Sequence record: MT710307.1
Length of the DNA stretch: 64,000 bases
Reading direction: 5' to 3' (one strand)
In this document: piece after piece, positions 62,827 to 64,000 of the stretch
Layout: each line of letters starts with the position of its first letter
Position numbering within the stretch: position 1 is the first letter of the stretch
Notes under the pieces: model-generated
Databases searched by the model: none
What the model was told of the DNA's origin: nothing
The model's input: only the letters and a program-made list of their open reading frames with translations
Translations under genes and position numbers: made by a program

Positions 62827-64000
62827 ATGCAATTCTATTCCGAAGCGGCGTTGCAACTTATTTACCGTCAGGTAAACCGCGATAACCCGAATCTCCCAGT
62901 GCCCATTAATGATGATACTGTCGCAGTTGTCGGCACTGTCAAAGCGAACGGGAGTGGTGCGGTACGCAACAGCAGCATTACCGTAGTAGGGAAGCCGGGT
63001 CGAGGGTACTACGGTAAAACCGTGTTGCAATTTGACCGTGTCCGGCTACCCTATATGTTCTTCTCCACCCTTCGGCCAATGATTTATTTGCCGAAAACAG
63101 TAAAGACATTACAGGCGGCCCTGCCGTACATTAACAGTACGCTGGGAATCGCGTTGACGGTTGAGGATTTGGCCACACCGACAACTATCTTGACACCGAC
63201 TGCCACCTCAACCGACATCTCAATCGGTATCTCAGGTAACTCACCGGGTTTCCTCGGCCCACTCCATTTCAGCTACCAGTTGGAACGCGGCAAGTATTAC
63301 GGTGCGTCAGGGCCAGGGTCGAAGTATCTGCTCTTGGGTGATGAGAACTTTGGATTCTTTGGCAAAGTCGACACCACGGAGATGTTCACCAACTTAGAAC
63401 TCTGGAATGTTACATTCGCGGGCAAAGGCACGACGGCACAACGTCAACTCTTTGTGGAGGGATGGTTCAAATTCTTCTATAAAGGGAAAGTGATCTACAT
63501 GCCACAGGCCCCAACCGCCAGTAACCTGAGTTGGAACGACCTGTACAACTTGGGGTACATGTACGGTATCGATGGGGTGGGGAGTTATCCGACGACCACA
63601 CCGGTAAGCCAATTAAAGCAAATCAGCTTGAAAAAGGCGGGTGTGACATCGTACTTCCTTTTACGCACCCCAAGAGCATCGATGTCCGAGCCGGATGGTT
63701 ATTTCGTGGGACGTCCGGGAAGTGGTAACTACGCAGGCACAGAATTAGACCTGTTAACCCGCCTGTTTACCGGCGGTGCGTGGGGTAATGAGAACGGAAC
63801 GCAGTGGGGGCAGTGGTGTATGATGCAGGACACCATCAGCAACAACACGGCAAACAACTTCCGTATCTCTACCATGACCGGGACTAACTGGTCGGTCGGC
63901 TCGAAGTCGGGTGCCGGATCATCGCAGTATTGGTGGCCTGTACTGGAGTTGGTTGACCTCAATAACTCGCTTGTGCCACTTGAGTCGGTCGTCGGTCGTC
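62827..64000 (+). CDS. Tail/baseplate paralogue 8 with a different C-terminal domain (runs off window)
   Basis: Hand translation MQFYSEAALQLIYRQVNRDNPNLP..RNS..GKPGRGYYG..FDRVRL; later GFFGKV..WFKFFYKGK..SWNDLYNLGYMYG; open to window end; AGGAG RBS. Confidence 0.7.
   Translation, partial: MQFYSEAALQLIYRQVNRDNPNLPVPINDDTVAVVGTVKANGSGAVRNSSITVVGKPGRGYYGKTVLQFDRVRLPYMFFSTLRPMIYLPKTVKTLQAALPYINSTLGIALTVEDLATPTTILTPTATSTDISIGISGNSPGFLGPLHFSYQLERGKYYGASGPGSKYLLLGDENFGFFGKVDTTEMFTNLELWNVTFAGKGTTAQRQLFVEGWFKFFYKGKVIYMPQAPTASNLSWNDLYNLGYMYGIDGVGSYPTTTPVSQLKQISLKKAGVTSYFLLRTPRASMSEPDGYFVGRPGSGNYAGTELDLLTRLFTGGAWGNENGTQWGQWCMMQDTISNNTANNFRISTMTGTNWSVGSKSGAGSSQYWWPVLELVDLNNSLVPLESVVGR

Noticed and set aside
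56669-64000. Diversity-generating retroelement acting on tail paralogues
   Set aside because: No reverse transcriptase and no near-identical TR/VR pair seen; paralogues are anciently diverged.

Overview
64 kb of a phiKZ-related jumbo phage genome (Chimalliviridae-like; gene order resembles my recollection of the SPN3US/PhiEaH2 group). An AmsF/WceF-like EPS depolymerase points to an Erwinia/Pantoea-type host. Core genes: DnaB-like helicase, major capsid protein, a split non-virion RNAP beta subunit, portal, RuvC-like resolvase, several virion proteins, and an array of at least 8 paralogous tail/baseplate proteins at the right end. The accessory middle (about 26.6-54.5 kb) is the most interesting part. 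It holds (i) an apparent phage-encoded ATP-dependent proteolysis module: HslV/proteasome-beta-like Thr protease, a degenerate partner, an HslU ATPase lacking the usual HslV-activating C-tail, a catalytically dead prohead-protease paralogue and small membrane proteins; (ii) a Dam methylase embedded among GNAT-fold genes, with 2 more GNATs nearby; (iii) a QueC-like PP-loop enzyme overlapping a DUF488 gene, a 2OG-Fe(II) oxygenase, a SLOG protein and dTMP kinase. Eight copies of an AT-rich early-promoter motif (GATA(G/T)ATATTA(T/C)C-like) and about 20 intrinsic terminator hairpins (mostly UUCG) were read directly from the sequence. I saw no tRNA, CRISPR array, integrase or transposase. All family assignments come from motif recognition and memory, not database searches.
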